NCBI GenBank assembly: GCA_050084515.1
Contig: CM114271.1
Location: forward strand, 24,118,001 to 24,182,000
Length of the DNA: 64,000 nucleotides
Reading direction: 5' to 3'
Source: Blasia pusilla
Taxonomy: Eukaryota
This document shows positions 40,719 through 53,359 of this stretch, in pieces. Numbering within the stretch: position 1 is the first letter of the stretch; each line of letters begins with the position of its first letter. Under the pieces are notes generated by a model. That model did not search any database, was not told where the DNA came from, and saw only the letters and a program-made list of their open reading frames with translations. Position numbers and translations under genes: made by a program.

Positions 40719-43700
40719 TCGGATTTTACTCGTCGCGGATTGGAGTGGGTACTCGTTCTTGATGACCCACGATTGCGCCGTCCTCCACTTCAACGACCTC
40801 TTGACGCACTGCACGTTGAAGAGCTTGTCCTCGCTCCCTCCAATCAAAACCAAGAAATAGCCCTTGTCATTGAGATAAGCGTCTGCAAAGGAAAACATGA
40901 GCGCGATGTGGTAATAAGAAAGAGGGACATTCCAGTCTGGGACACCGTCGGACGGATTCTCGTCCCACAAGCGCAACTTTGAGGGCAAATCAGCGACGAG
41001 GAGATCCATTGTCACCTACTCGACCTCCCCATGGACCATCCAGGGAGCGTGCCCGTAAGAAAGAGGGACATTCCAGTCTGGGACACCGTCGGACGGATTC
41101 TCGTCCCACAAGCGCAACCTCGAGGGCAAATCAGCGACGAGGAGATCCACCGCCACCTCCTCGACCTCCCCATGGACCATCCAGGGAGCGTGCCCGTTAC
41201 GTTGAAGCTTCTGTCCCAGCGTTGTCAATTTATCGATGGCGGGTGTTGACGCTTGGGAACTGAAACTTTTTAGCTCATCCAGAAGATTCGTGTAGTGAAT
41301 GATGACGCTTGTCCGGGTCGTTGTTTCTCTATGTCTTCCCAAGGATGATGGAGTGTATTCCACATCTTGGTCTGCTCCCTGGGACAAACATGGCGCCTCT
41401 CGCTTCCGCTTCTCCCGAGTCTACGGTCGGCTTGTTGGGGTCTTTATTACCTCAGACTCTAGTGGAGTTTTTTTGGCGGAGGACCTGGTCCGACCCTCTC
41501 TCCCCGCTTGCGCGGATGATTCCGCCTCTTGCCTTGAATTCTCAGCCTCTTTTTGGGAAGACTCGGCCTCAGAATTCTTCAATCCCCTCGCCTTGGCTTG
41601 GAGACCCACTATAGATTTGTCCTTGGCGGTGACGACCTTGCACACCAACTCCGCTGTCTCGAGGGCTTGCTCCTCCGCATCTCCTTCAAAAAAGTCTTCA
41701 AGCTGCACGAAATTGGGGATGTAGTCCCTACTTGCGGCCACTGCATCATAGAGCAGGCGTAGATTTTTCTCGGTTATGTCCTCAGGGTCGTTGAAGTCCA
41801 GCCAGATGGGGCAATTCTCCACCTCCCAGTCGAGAACATGCTTTGAGCCATCTCCATGTCGTACATGGAAAATGTCTCTCCATGAGGCGAAGAAGCCCAC
41901 AATTTGCAGGCTGCCCGTATTTTTTGCCACGTACCTGCATTCTTACAATGGACAATGTACCTGAACACCATGTGTTGGGCAGCTCTTAGTCGAGATGCAT
42001 CGGCCGCCTGCTCCTGAAGATCTCACTTTTTCTTTGCGAAATCCCTTTTCTTCGCCTCTATTTCTTCATCAAGGTCCGCCTGAGGGAGGATGTGATCCTT
42101 GAACATCGTCCTGAAGCCTGGGTTTTTTATGGGCTTGTCATGGATGTCATCCAGCAAAAGTTCAAAATCTTCAGCACTCTCCACGGTTGCTTCCTCCGGA
42201 AGTGGCTCTATTTTTTTCAGCTCCGCTTGGAGATCCACGAGCATGGACTTCTCGAGAAGCCGCAGAGCATCCCAGAATGACCATTCACAGAGCCAGTGGG
42301 AAATCACTGGATCAGAGACACCCGGAGGATGGTGTGCCACCCTCTTTTGGGCCTCTATGCCCTCGAGACTGATTTCCATAAGTCGGATTCTCCTAAATTC
42401 TGAAATTCCACACACGGCAAATTGATGGACGCAGTCGAGAGACACTTTCTCCCCAATCCGACCCTGCGGATCTTCATCCCTCTTCTACTGGGGCTTGATT
42501 ATCGCCTTCAGCTCCTTGTAGAAATCGGGGCCAAGTTCGGGGTTGAGAATGGCGATGTACCGTTGCATCTTGCTTGCAGTGTACTTTGTAGCTGCAGATA
42601 CTGCAGATTGGATGAACTTAGTACGCTCAGACACAGACACTTTCTCCCTCCGCTCCAGCTCCAATGAAGCGCTCTTCTTGGCGGCATGTATCTTCGACCA
42701 GCAAAGGATTGTCATGGCTGCATCTTGGGAAATAAATGTATTTGCCCAAGTCTTGTTTTTTTTATTTGAGCCCCCTTCGCCTGCATCTCATTTACAAGGG
42801 CGTCGCCCAAGAACCCCTTGTACTCTGCAGTGTACTTCGTAGCTACAGATATTGCAGCTTGGATGAACTTAGCACGCTCAGACACAGACACTTTCTCCCT
42901 CCGCTCCAGCTCCAATGAAGCGCTCTTCTTGGCGGCCTGTATCTTCGACCAGCAAAGGATTGTCACGGCTACATCTTGGGAAATAAATTTATTTGCCCAA
43001 GTCTTTTTTTTTATTTGAGCACCCTTTGCTAGCATCTCATTTACAAGGGCGTTGCCCCAAAACCCCTTGTACTCTTCCAGGTGCGTTGTTAGCACTTTAT
43101 TCACCCGATCGCAATCCTGGATCCAGTGGTGGATGACATTCCCCTCGGATACAATCCTGCACATCCAAACTCAATATAAGAAATTTTGCAAGCTACATGG
43201 GTTCCTGCAACTTGTCGAACTTCGACAGGTCGTCACACCTCATGTTCGGAATGGTAACTACGAGCTAAATTTTGCAACCCATCGGAGTTCGACGGATTGC
43301 ATTTAGATTTGTGATTGCCTGGTTTCAACCCATCGGAGTCCGATGGGTTGTCAGATAATATGTATTCAGAGAGTGGTCTCCGTAGGAAAAGTGAACATAT
43401 CAACCCGTCGGAGTCCGACAGGTTGCGCAATTTCAAGTAAAGCTGCAATTTGACGCCAAAAATCAAGCTCCCCTACTTTGATCACCTTCCTGTGCCAGCG
43501 AATGCAACCCGTCGGAGTCCGACGAGTTTCTTTCGGCCAAAAACATCCTAAAAACAACGGCCAGTCGAGCAACTCGTCAAACTCCAACGAGTTGCTTTCG
43601 GCCAAAAACATCCTAAAACAGCGGCCAGCCGAGCAACTCGTCCGACTACGACGAGTTGCTTTCGGCCAAAAACATCCTAAAAACAGCGGCCAGTCAAGCA

Positions 43701-45155
43701 ACTCGTCGGACTACGACGAGTTGCTTTCGGCCAAAAAAATCCTGAAAACAACGACTAGTCAAGCAACTTGTCGGACTCCGACGAGTTGATTTTGGCCAAA
43801 AATATCCTCAAAAATAGCGGTGAGTCAAGCAACTCGTCGGGCTTCGACGAGTTGCTTTAAGGCATACGATGATTTGTTACCACTAGTTAAACAACTCGTA
43901 GGAGTCCGACGGTTTGGAACAATCAAAATAAAGGAAGAGGAAACTTACGTGTTCATGGCATGCATGGCCATCTCCACCGTCGCCATGTGATGAGGGTATG
44001 GATGAAGCATGACTGCCTTCACGCAAAAATGCGCCTCCAATGAGTTTTGGCGCTCCTCTATAAACTGGGTCCACGCCATAAACCTGTGGTTTCCATCCCA
44101 GATGAAGAAATACAGGTTCCGCATCCAGCTGAATTCCGTCCCTTCAATCGCCCTTCTGAATTCCCGATCTCTCATCCTCCACAATGTGTCGAGCGCTTCC
44201 AAGTCCTCCTCTGTCACCAGCGCTTGGGTTCCATGTTCATTGTAAGGCTGAACATAGAACGGAGGGAAGTTGTTGACATAGGATGTTGTTATTGTCGATT
44301 GTTTCAGCTTCGCAATATCCTCGTCAGACTGAATTTTGCGGACGTACTCCATTGTCCACAATCCGCAAAGTGGAATTCTCGGGGCGTTCTGGCCCTCCAT
44401 CAGTGCCATCTGCTTTACCACCTGTCACAATGGAGACAAGGTCAATAAACTACACTGAATCGCCAATGAATTGCAACATGGGCCTTCACATAACTCAAAG
44501 AACAAAGATCATATCTTACCCGCTCGAAGATTGGGTCGGTGTCTTGGCCCGCCAATTGCTCTGGGACAGCAGCTGGCAAGTCCGCTGGAAACTCGTCAAT
44601 CTGATAGAGGTCAATTTCTTCCGCCGGGCTAAGAGACGATGAAGACTGCTCTCCTACTTCTTCAGAGATATCCACCATCTCCACGCTGGCAGTCCTCATG
44701 ACCTCATCGTCCGTCACTTGAACTTTGCCCATTTCCTCAACCGTTTTCTTATTGATTGTGTCCCCGGACTTCATCGGAGACATTTCTTGCATCTCAACTC
44801 TTTCGGTTGGACCGGCCGGACTTTCTTCAATGGCAATCGCTTTTTCCCTTTGAGCTTTTTCCAATTCTGCTCTCCTCACCAACGCGTCCAGACGCTGCTT
44901 TGCACACTTCTCCTCGGCGATCCTTTTCTTCAAGGCCTGCGACGCCTCAGCCTCTGCGTTCTATTTTTCAATCGCCTCCTTAACACGTTCTGCAAGAAGC
45001 TCCTGCCTATGCATCTCCGCTTCCATTTCGCGCTCCTCGATCTCTTGCTGCCTTATCTCATTGGCCAAACGAGGCCCTGGAGATGGTGACGTAGGAGTCT
45101 TGGACTTGGGAGTGAAGCTCCTTGCCTTGCTTGCTTGAGTTTTTTTCCTCGTCAT
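40719..45155 (-). pseudogene. Left-arm gene: coiled-coil N-terminus, ParB-like motif, N-terminal half of an amino-methyltransferase-like domain; exons about 45155-44520, 44421-43949, 43156-40719
   Basis: GT-AG introns at the same positions as in the right-arm copy; FFIWDGNHRFMAW; VDLLVADLPS..AYLNDKGYFLVL..SWVIK; frameshifts and internal duplications. Confidence 0.75.
43525..43900. repeat. Intronic minisatellite of ~61-bp units, each with a GCAACTCGTCGGANTCCGACGAGTTGC-type palindrome
   Basis: About six units of cggccaaaaacatcctaaaa..gcaactcgtc..gacgagttgcttt; inverted counterpart at 52670-52775 and 61788-61890. Confidence 0.85.
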
Positions 45156-45357
45156 TGTTCCCGAAAATACCACCTCCTCGACAACGAAATTACTTTATGT
45201 GCATGATGAGTCACCTCGATGAGTCACCTTGATGAGTCGCTCGAATCGTCTCATGATGAGTCACTGTGTAAAGCGCCCCTTGGTATCTGGTCCGCTACTG
45301 CCCTAAAGAGCAATCGAGATCGCGAAACGAAAAACCTGAAATGAGCAAACTCTAGCC

Positions 45358-45365
45358 TATTTATA
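45358..45365 (-). promoter_or_regulatory. TATA box of the left-arm gene
   Basis: TATAAATA about 200 bp upstream of the ATG, conserved in the right arm. Confidence 0.6.
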
Positions 45366-45971
45366 CTTTTCGAGCCGTTGGACTGACCGTCGTTCTGACA
45401 GCGACGTGTCGGCCGTTATGGAGGTCTGTACGTGAAAACCACCAACCCGACGGTCTCTGACCGGTTGGAGGCATCCATCCTAGCTGAACTATCCTGGCAA
45501 CCCTTCGGAGTCTGACAGGTTGGGCGCCTCCGCCGTCTTGGGGGAAGAACGCGAGGTACCGGCGCAACCGAGGTGAGGTAAGAAGAGAGGAAGAGAGGAA
45601 GAGAGGAGAGATTAGAGAGGAAACTACCTTCAACCGAAAGAGATACTTTTTTTAAAGAGAGTTTCCGTTGGGTTGAAGAGAGGAAACTTTTTGTGTGAAT
45701 TTTTTTGCACTTTTTTGCTCAGTTATTAAGCAGTCCCACATTTTGTTTTTCCTCTTCCATATTTTGGCAACCAACGTGAGTCTGACGAGTTGCAAATTGC
45801 ACAAAATTTAGAAAACTGAAAAATCAGTGGAATCATAAGTGTGGAACCAATCACTTTTTCCGTCCAAGGTCTGGAAAAAATCTATCATTTGCCCTGGGCA
45901 AAATAGAGTTGAAGCTAAAAGTGAAGGTTCTGGAAAAATGAAAGTATAATCTAAAACCTCATTTTGCATCC

Positions 45972-48900
45972 TCAAATTGGTTTGTTTAAAATACTTTGCA
46001 CTTCTTTGAGGGACACAATTGGTTGGTGGATTCCTACTCCTACCTCCGACTCTCTTAAAACTACAAGCAACACATAGTATATGTGCTTACAAGGGAAATA
46101 CCTTTTGCCACTTGTCTCTCTTTGGACAAAGTCATCACATGAACATGTGGAAAAGCAGCTGATGTGCACCACATACACCCCTATGACACTTGAATTTATA
46201 GTGTTGTTCCTGACCCAATACATCCTTCCTATTCCATTGCCACTGTGGACATCTTTTGTGGCGATGATCTCCATTTTTGCCTCTCAAGCTGATGCAATTC
46301 GCTTTGCTCTCTCCACCGTTGGCCTACACATTCTGTTTCTCTTCATCCCATTTCTAGACTCAAACAGAAATAGTGGATTGAGATCATCCACCTTCTCCAG
46401 GTACATGTTGATGTCAATCTTGGGTTGAATACGAAATGCGAAGGTCTCTGTAATGCGAACATGCTCCAAACTTCCTCCGTCTACGAGTCTAAAACCGGCA
46501 CTTGTAAGATTTTCCACTTCGTCTCGAGTGCAATTCGTACCTGCAGCCATGGGCCAAATCGTGGGGGTATTCCGCCGAGCTCCAACGGCAGCCGGATAAG
46601 ACTTGCGGAAAGCGCAAGATTAATTTGGGCCGAAGAAGTACTTCAATTGATCCCCGGTCCTTGTGAAACGATCAAAGATTTTGAGTCCCCAAAACCCAGG
46701 CAGTGGTCGTCCAGTCCTTGTACAATTCTTATTTAGGAAAGTGCCGCATGTTCTCCTAATGCCATCAAATCCTGCCCTGCAAGTGGGTCCATGTCTTGGG
46801 TTGCTCCGAGATATATGCCACCGTTTCAGGTTGCAATCCACCTCCATGACCGGAATCCCATATTGTTGAACCACTCAGCGACCGGATGTTGCGAACTTCC
46901 AACAACGGAGGGCTTTTGAAATAAAACATTCACTGATTTTGGAGAAGTTACTCCAACGCGGATTTGGGAGCGGTCCGGGGTCCCCGAATACCTGGGCGGC
47001 GTAATTTCTTCATCTAAATCAATCACTAGATTCGTTCCTCGATGCTGCCTCTTCACCTGCCTGAAGTCAAGATACTTATCTGGTCTCCACGAGTCTCGCT
47101 CGGATTGCTCTACCACCATCTGTATGGGACGTCTTGAAACGCGCCCACGAATATCCCCACCACTGTGTACGTCTTGCTCGAGGGGAGTTCCTGCTATGCA
47201 CCGGTTGAAGGCTTCCACATAGATTTTTCATCACAGATCTCTGATGCCTACGACATAGAGCTCGTAGATCAAAGGCCCCCTTCCTTTTGTTATGCCTTTT
47301 GTGAGGAAGATATGGGATGCTGGAGAATGTAGCATTGCTCTTGCCTGGTCTTGTTGGCATGCCTCCACTAGTGAAATTCTTTGGCATGCTTGTGACAACC
47401 TCCAAGAGGAATGAACACTTTGTGCTCCACTAGTGAAATTCTTTGGCATGCTTGTGACAACCTCCAAGAGGAATGAACACTTGTGCTCCACTTGTGTTGG
47501 GGCAGAGGGCATTTCAATGAATGTTCAATCCCTACAACGACGGCAATGTGAGAAGGGAACGAAAATAGCTCAGAAGTCAAAGAAATAAGCTACGTGTCGA
47601 AACCAGACGGGTTGCAAGGCCAAGGCATCGCATGAATGACTCTGCGAGCCGTTGGGTTCCGACGTTTTGCAACACCCAGGAACCACCTACTGCAACCCGT
47701 ACGATTTCGACGGGTTGCAAGAACCTTTGGCCACTCCGGGCTGGAAGATCCAAGTGCAAGTCATCTGAAACCCATCCGGGTCAAACTATTTGCTGGCCTT
47801 GTATACATGCGACTTGCATACTTGTATACGGATTGCACCAAAATTCTTGATGCAACCTGTTGGTTTCCGACTGGTTGCACACTCAGGCAACCCGTCGCAT
47901 CCGACAAGTTGCTTGGTTTCTTCGGTTTGAAATCCCTATAGTTCCCACGCTTCTCAACTTGAGCTGCAACTTTTCAAACAATTCTCAGCGTGAGCTTGAC
48001 AAGACGAAATAGTGAACTCACCTACCACATGAAGTTTCCCCATTGTCTCATACGTACAGTCCACCAACTCAACCAAGAGCAGAACTCTTTGTACTTCCCC
48101 TCAATTGCATGCATCCTCCACCACCCATGAAGTTCTTCTTGGCATTCCATGGCATGTTTCAAGGTTTTGTTGTCCTTGCAGCGTTGGAGTAGAGTGACAT
48201 GCTCTGTCCTCTTATTCTCCTTGATGCAAGATTTGGTGTACAGGGTCACAGATTGTTGCCAATGGAAAGCATCCGACCTTTCCCTCTCCGGTTGAACCTC
48301 TCCACCCCATAACACTTCCCTGATAGCAATCCACCCAGGTTGTGCATTGTTCGCCATGAACCCATAAATTTCCGGAGGTGGCCTTTTGTTTTCCTTCACC
48401 CCCTCCAATAAGAGTTACCACCACATCTTCAAACTGCCAACGTCTTCTGCTTTTACTTCACAGAAAAATATACTTTTGAGTCCCTTCTCCACATGGTCAT
48501 AAACGTGAGCACCCATTATCAACCATCCGTTCAACACTCTGTAGCAAATATCAAAGCTTACCTAGCTCCCGTAAAGATCTTCCCCTTCCCTCATTCGATC
48601 TATAAGATCGAGGCCACTCGACGGACCGGTGGTTGACATTTTGAAGACATAGGCCCTGGATCCTTGGCCTCCCTGGCCCATGAACTACCATCTCTGAATG
48701 AATGGAAATCTAGAGTTGGCCTTGATTGTGGCAATAGCATCCATTTCGGTTGTCTTTCCATCCAGTACCCGCATTTGACGCAACAAATTCCGGAAGCATT
48801 TAGGATCAGCGAGAAATGAGAGATTTTCCCAAAGTTGTTTCTCCTCAACAGCCGTGATCTCGCTCTGTCCAGGGATTCCAAGCAATTGTTACAAATTTGT

Positions 48901-49935
48901 GATACTGTTGTGAGCTTGATCACTCCGGGCTTTGAACCCGGAGAGTTTCTGTAGACCTTGGCAACTTTCTTCGCCACATCCTCCTTGATGTGTCTCTGAA
49001 TTGCATCGGTCAAAGGATGAGTGTGGGAGCCAACATGAAGTGCCAGCCTTATGTACTCTAACGTGGAGCCCAAGTCGTGGACAATGAAAAATATTTATGC
49101 AGGACACGCTCCAACGCAGAAGGGGGATGCCTGACAATGAGGACATCGATGGCCTCCCGGCCGTATGGTGGCAGCGACCTCATATGGAGTTTTTGCATTC
49201 TTGGGGGGAATTACGACGTATTGACTCGCCCGTTGCGCTCTAGATACGGGCTTGCTGGACTTCTACACTCCAAGGCTCCAATGCATTGGCGGTGGGAGAC
49301 AATCCAAGGACCATATGGAATTGAAGCACTAGTCCGTTGAAGCCTGCACCATCGATGACAATTAGACTTTCTGTCCATACCCTTCAAGCGTCCTCCATCT
49401 TTCTTTTGAGCAAGAGCAGCAAGTGGAGGCAACTCAAAAATGGAATTACCTTCGTACGTGGGCGGCAGCTCGTCGACAAGAATGTGCTTGAACATTTTCA
49501 AGGCCATAGACGATAGCAAACTATTGCCTGATATCCGCAAGAGGAACGAGTAGGCAGACAGAGGGCCCGGTTGGTGTCCGACAGATCCATTGAGGTTCAC
49601 AACATCCGGAATGTCTTCAGGAAGTACAACATTCTTACGAGCGTGTGAAGTTGGAGTCGAAGCCGGATCTACTGAGCTAGGAGTTGAAACGTAGAGCTCG
49701 GTGCACTAGGAAATTCTCGACTGTCTACTTGGGAAACAGAGGAATTCAGGGGCAAGCCGTAAACTCTGTATTGACCATTTGCTAGAGGTAGGAGATTCCA
49801 TACTTTACGGTCTACAATCACTGGCTCGACTGTCTCACCTATTATGTCTTCCGTATCGTCCATCCTAACATCCTTGGATACAAAGATGGTTCCAATTTGG
49901 AGAAGAAATCGAACTGAGAGAAAATTTTCATCCAC
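45972..49935 (-). pseudogene. Mutator-like (MULE) transposase with GCM-like N-terminal region and C-terminal SWIM zinc finger
   Basis: HRQCIGALECRSP (GCM-like), HVGSHTHP, FMANNAQPGWIAIREV..DAFHWQQSV (MULE DDE-like), CSCDDF..PCKHIYYV (SWIM); frameshifts, introns and a 62-bp duplication near 47365-47490. Confidence 0.75.
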
Positions 49936-50419
49936 TTCTATGAAAGACTCACGAGCTTGCGGTCAAACGATTTCAGATTGAGGAAGGGCCGCTAGATGAC
50001 TGCCACAAGTGACCTTCATATAATTATCCATTCCCAAAAGATTCCAGCGGGAGGAGACAGAGAATGAGAATGAGAATGAGAATGTTTAATTTATAGTGAA
50101 TAGGGACTCAGATTCTCCTGACAGAATTTGACTGACAAGATGAAGTTTGGTAGGTGAAAATGTCTGACACAATGGATTCAATTCTGTTGCAACCTATCGG
50201 AGTCAAGTGGGTTGCAGAATTTGGGAATCAGAGACGTTGGTTGCGAAGCATGCACTTCTTTTTGTTGGAACCCGTCGGAGTCCGTTGGGTTGGTACCCCC
50301 TTCTTGCCGACCAAAGGTCTTTTGAGTCGATTTTGCTAGCATCAAACACAAGATATCGCTTGCATATGCTAAGGCAACCAATTTTTGGGGACTTTTGCAG
50401 GATTGTCCAACTCAAGGTA

Positions 50420-51050
50420 GATCTTGTGACCCGTCGGATTGCAATGGGTTGCCTCGGAACTATGCGTTGTCGCATTGTTACCCGAGGGATAGAAAAGCGT
50501 GCAACCTGTTGATAACCAACGGGTTGCCCTGGTACCTTGCCTATTAACTCAAGATAAGCAAAGCGTGCAACCCGTCGGCTTTGGACGGGTTGCACGCTTC
50601 TGCCTCACCTTGTAACGCTATCATAAAGGATGATAGCATTACAAGGTGCAACCCGTTGCTCTCCGACGAGTTGCGCGGATGCCGCGCCTTCTTGCACAAA
50701 GACGGCGGAGGCACGCAACCCATCGGCCTCAGACGGGTTGCGCAATTGCCTCACCTTGTAAAACTTACATTAAGGAAGCAACCCGTCTGTTTCCGATGAG
50801 TTGCGCGAGTGCCGCACCTTCTTGCCCAAAGAGGGCAGAGGCGCGCAACCCTCCAACGGGTTGCGCTGGTACCTTGCGTTCTTGTTCGAAAGACGGCATA
50901 GGCGCGCAACCTATCGGTCTCGACGGTTTGCGCGGGTATCTCGTGTTCTTGTCCTACGACGGCGGAGGCGCGCAACCTGTCGGTCTCTGACGGGTTGCCA
51001 CGAGGACGGATGCCTTGAACCCTCGGGAAGCGTGCAACCCGTCGAAGCCG
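50420..51050. repeat. Array of ~60-bp units with the palindrome GCAACCCGTCGG..CCGACGGGTTGC
   Basis: Roughly ten degenerate copies between the transposase start and the right-arm promoter. Confidence 0.8.
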
Positions 51051-51148
51051 TCGAGTTGGTTTTTTTCACGTCCAGACTTCCATAACGGCCGGCACGTCGC
51101 CGTCGAAAGGACAATGCGACCCAACAGTCAGCCCAACGGCTCGAAAAG

Positions 51149-51156
51149 TATAAATA
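51149..51156 (+). promoter_or_regulatory. TATA box of the right-arm gene
   Basis: TATAAATA mirrored at 45358-45365. Confidence 0.6.
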
Positions 51157-52775
51157 GGCAAAGGTTTGCTCATTTCCGGTTTTTCCTTTCGCGATCTCAA
51201 TTGCTCTTCCGCGCAGCAGCTGACTAGATACCAAGGGGCGCTTTACATAGCAACTCATCGCGAGACTATTCGAGCGACTCATCGCGAGACGATTCGACCA
51301 AACAATCGCGAGACGATTCGAGATACTCATCAAGGCGACTCATCGCGACATCAGCAAGGCGACTCATCAAGGTGATTCCTCGAGCCGATTCATCGTGCAC
51401 AGAGAGAAATTCCTTGGCCATAGGAGGCATTTTTGGGAACAATGACGAGGAAAAAATCTCAAGCAACCAAGGCTTGGAGCTTCACTCCCAAGTCCATGAG
51501 GACTCTTGCGTCACCATCTCCAGGGCCTCGTTCGGCCAATGAGATAAGGCAGCAAGAAATCGAGGAGCGGGAAAGGGAAGCGGAGATGCACAAGCAGGAG
51601 CTTCTTGCAAAACGTGTAAATGAGGGCGCTCAAAAAACGCTCAGCAGAGGCTGAGGCATCGCAAGCCTTGAAGAAAAGGATTGCCGACGAAAAGCGTGAA
51701 AAGAAGCATCTAGACGCGTCGGTGAGGAGAGCAGAAATTGGCAAAAGCTGGGAGGGAAAAAGTGATTGCCATTGAAGAAAGCCCTGCCCCTCCAACCAAA
51801 AGAGTTGAGATACAGGAAATGTCCCCGATGAAGTGCGAGGACACAATCAATATAACGGAAACGACATAAGTTCAAGTGACGGACAATGAGGTCATGAGGA
51901 CCGCCAGCGTGGTGATGGTGGACATCGCTGAAGAAGCAGGAGAGCGGTCATCCTCATCTCTAAACCCAGCGGAAGAAATTGACCTCTATCAGATCGACAA
52001 GTTTCTAGTGGACTTGCCAGCTGCTGTCCTAGAGTAATTGGTTGGCCAAGACACCAACCCAACTTCGAGCGGGTAAGAGAGGATATGTGTTCTTTGAGTT
52101 ATGTGAAGGCCCATGCTGCAATTCAATGGAAATTCAGTGTAGCTTATTGACCTTGTCCCTGTTGTGACAGGTGGTAAAGCAGATGGCAATGATTGAGGGC
52201 CAGAACGCCCCGAGAATTCCACTTTGCCGATTGCAAACAATGGAGTAAACGTCAGCGAAATTCAGTCTGACGAGGATATTGCGAAGCTGAAACAATCGGT
52301 TATGACAGCATCCTACGTCGACACCTTCCCTCCGTTCTATGTTCAGCCTTACGATGAACATGGAACCCAAGCGTTGGCTACGGAGGACTTGGAAGCGCTC
52401 GACACATTCTGGAGGATGAGAGATCAGGAATTCAGAAGGGCGATAGAGGGGACGGAATTCAGCTCGATGCGGAACCTATATTTCTTCATCTAGGATGGAA
52501 ACCACAGGTTCATGGCATGGACCTAGTTTGCAGAGGGGCGCCCAAACTCATTGGAGGCATATTTTTGCGTGAAGGCAATCGTGCTACATCCATACCCTCA
52601 TCACATGGCGACGGTGGAGATGGCCATGCATGCCATGAACACGTAAGTTTCCTCTTGCTGCAAACCGTCGGACTCCGACAAGTTGTTTGAGTCGCCACTA
52701 TTTTTGGGATGTTTTTGGTCGAAAGCAACTCGTCGGACTGACGAGTTGTTCGACAAATCACTGGTTTAGGATGTT

Positions 52776-53359
52776 TGTCATGCGAATCCCCATCGTCATA
52801 CAACATACATCGCTGACATACCATACTCACATACATACATAACATAGACGAGAGTATCCACAAACGCAAGTGTACCACAACTAAAATCCGTGAAAGACCT
52901 ACTGTCATAAAACACGTTTACAATCACATACAATTGAGCCAAACCCACTCCACGATGGGAGAATCTAGGTCGAAGCTTGGAAACACCATAGCCAAGAGCT
53001 CTACTCACTACCAAGGCTAACTCCCCAAGCATAGCAGGCTCAACTCAAAGAACTGATGTTCTTTGAGGGCAAGCCACCTTATATCCTCCAACCTAAGAGC
53101 GGGCCCCTCTTTGGGAAAGTCACCCCCAAGTGAGTAACCCCAACCCTATGTATGGAACAAAGACATCTCTACCAAGCCACTACGGTCCTACATAAGGAAT
53201 GGCCTCTACCTGACACTATACTCTACGACATAATCCGTATGGTCATGGAATTTTTCGTGCGAATCCCCATCGTCATACAACATACATATTTGACATACCA
53301 TACTCACATACATACATAACATAGACGAGAGTATCCACAAACGCAAGTGTACCACAACT
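52776..53359 (-). repeat. 3' repeat block Y-X-Y of copy 3: Y 52776-52882, X about 52884-53250, Y 53253-53359
   Basis: Y copies near-identical; X matches 61423-61787; purine tract AGGGGGCG (sense) at 53360-53367. Confidence 0.93.

Larger units (their letters stand above)
41105..45570. repeat. Left arm of a long inverted repeat
   Basis: Reverse complement aligns by eye to 50925-52775 plus 61788-64000 through promoter, exons and introns. Confidence 0.92.

Noticed and set aside
43525-43900. CRISPR-like array of palindromic repeats
   Set aside because: The intervening sequences are themselves repeated, there are no cas genes, and the context is a eukaryotic intron
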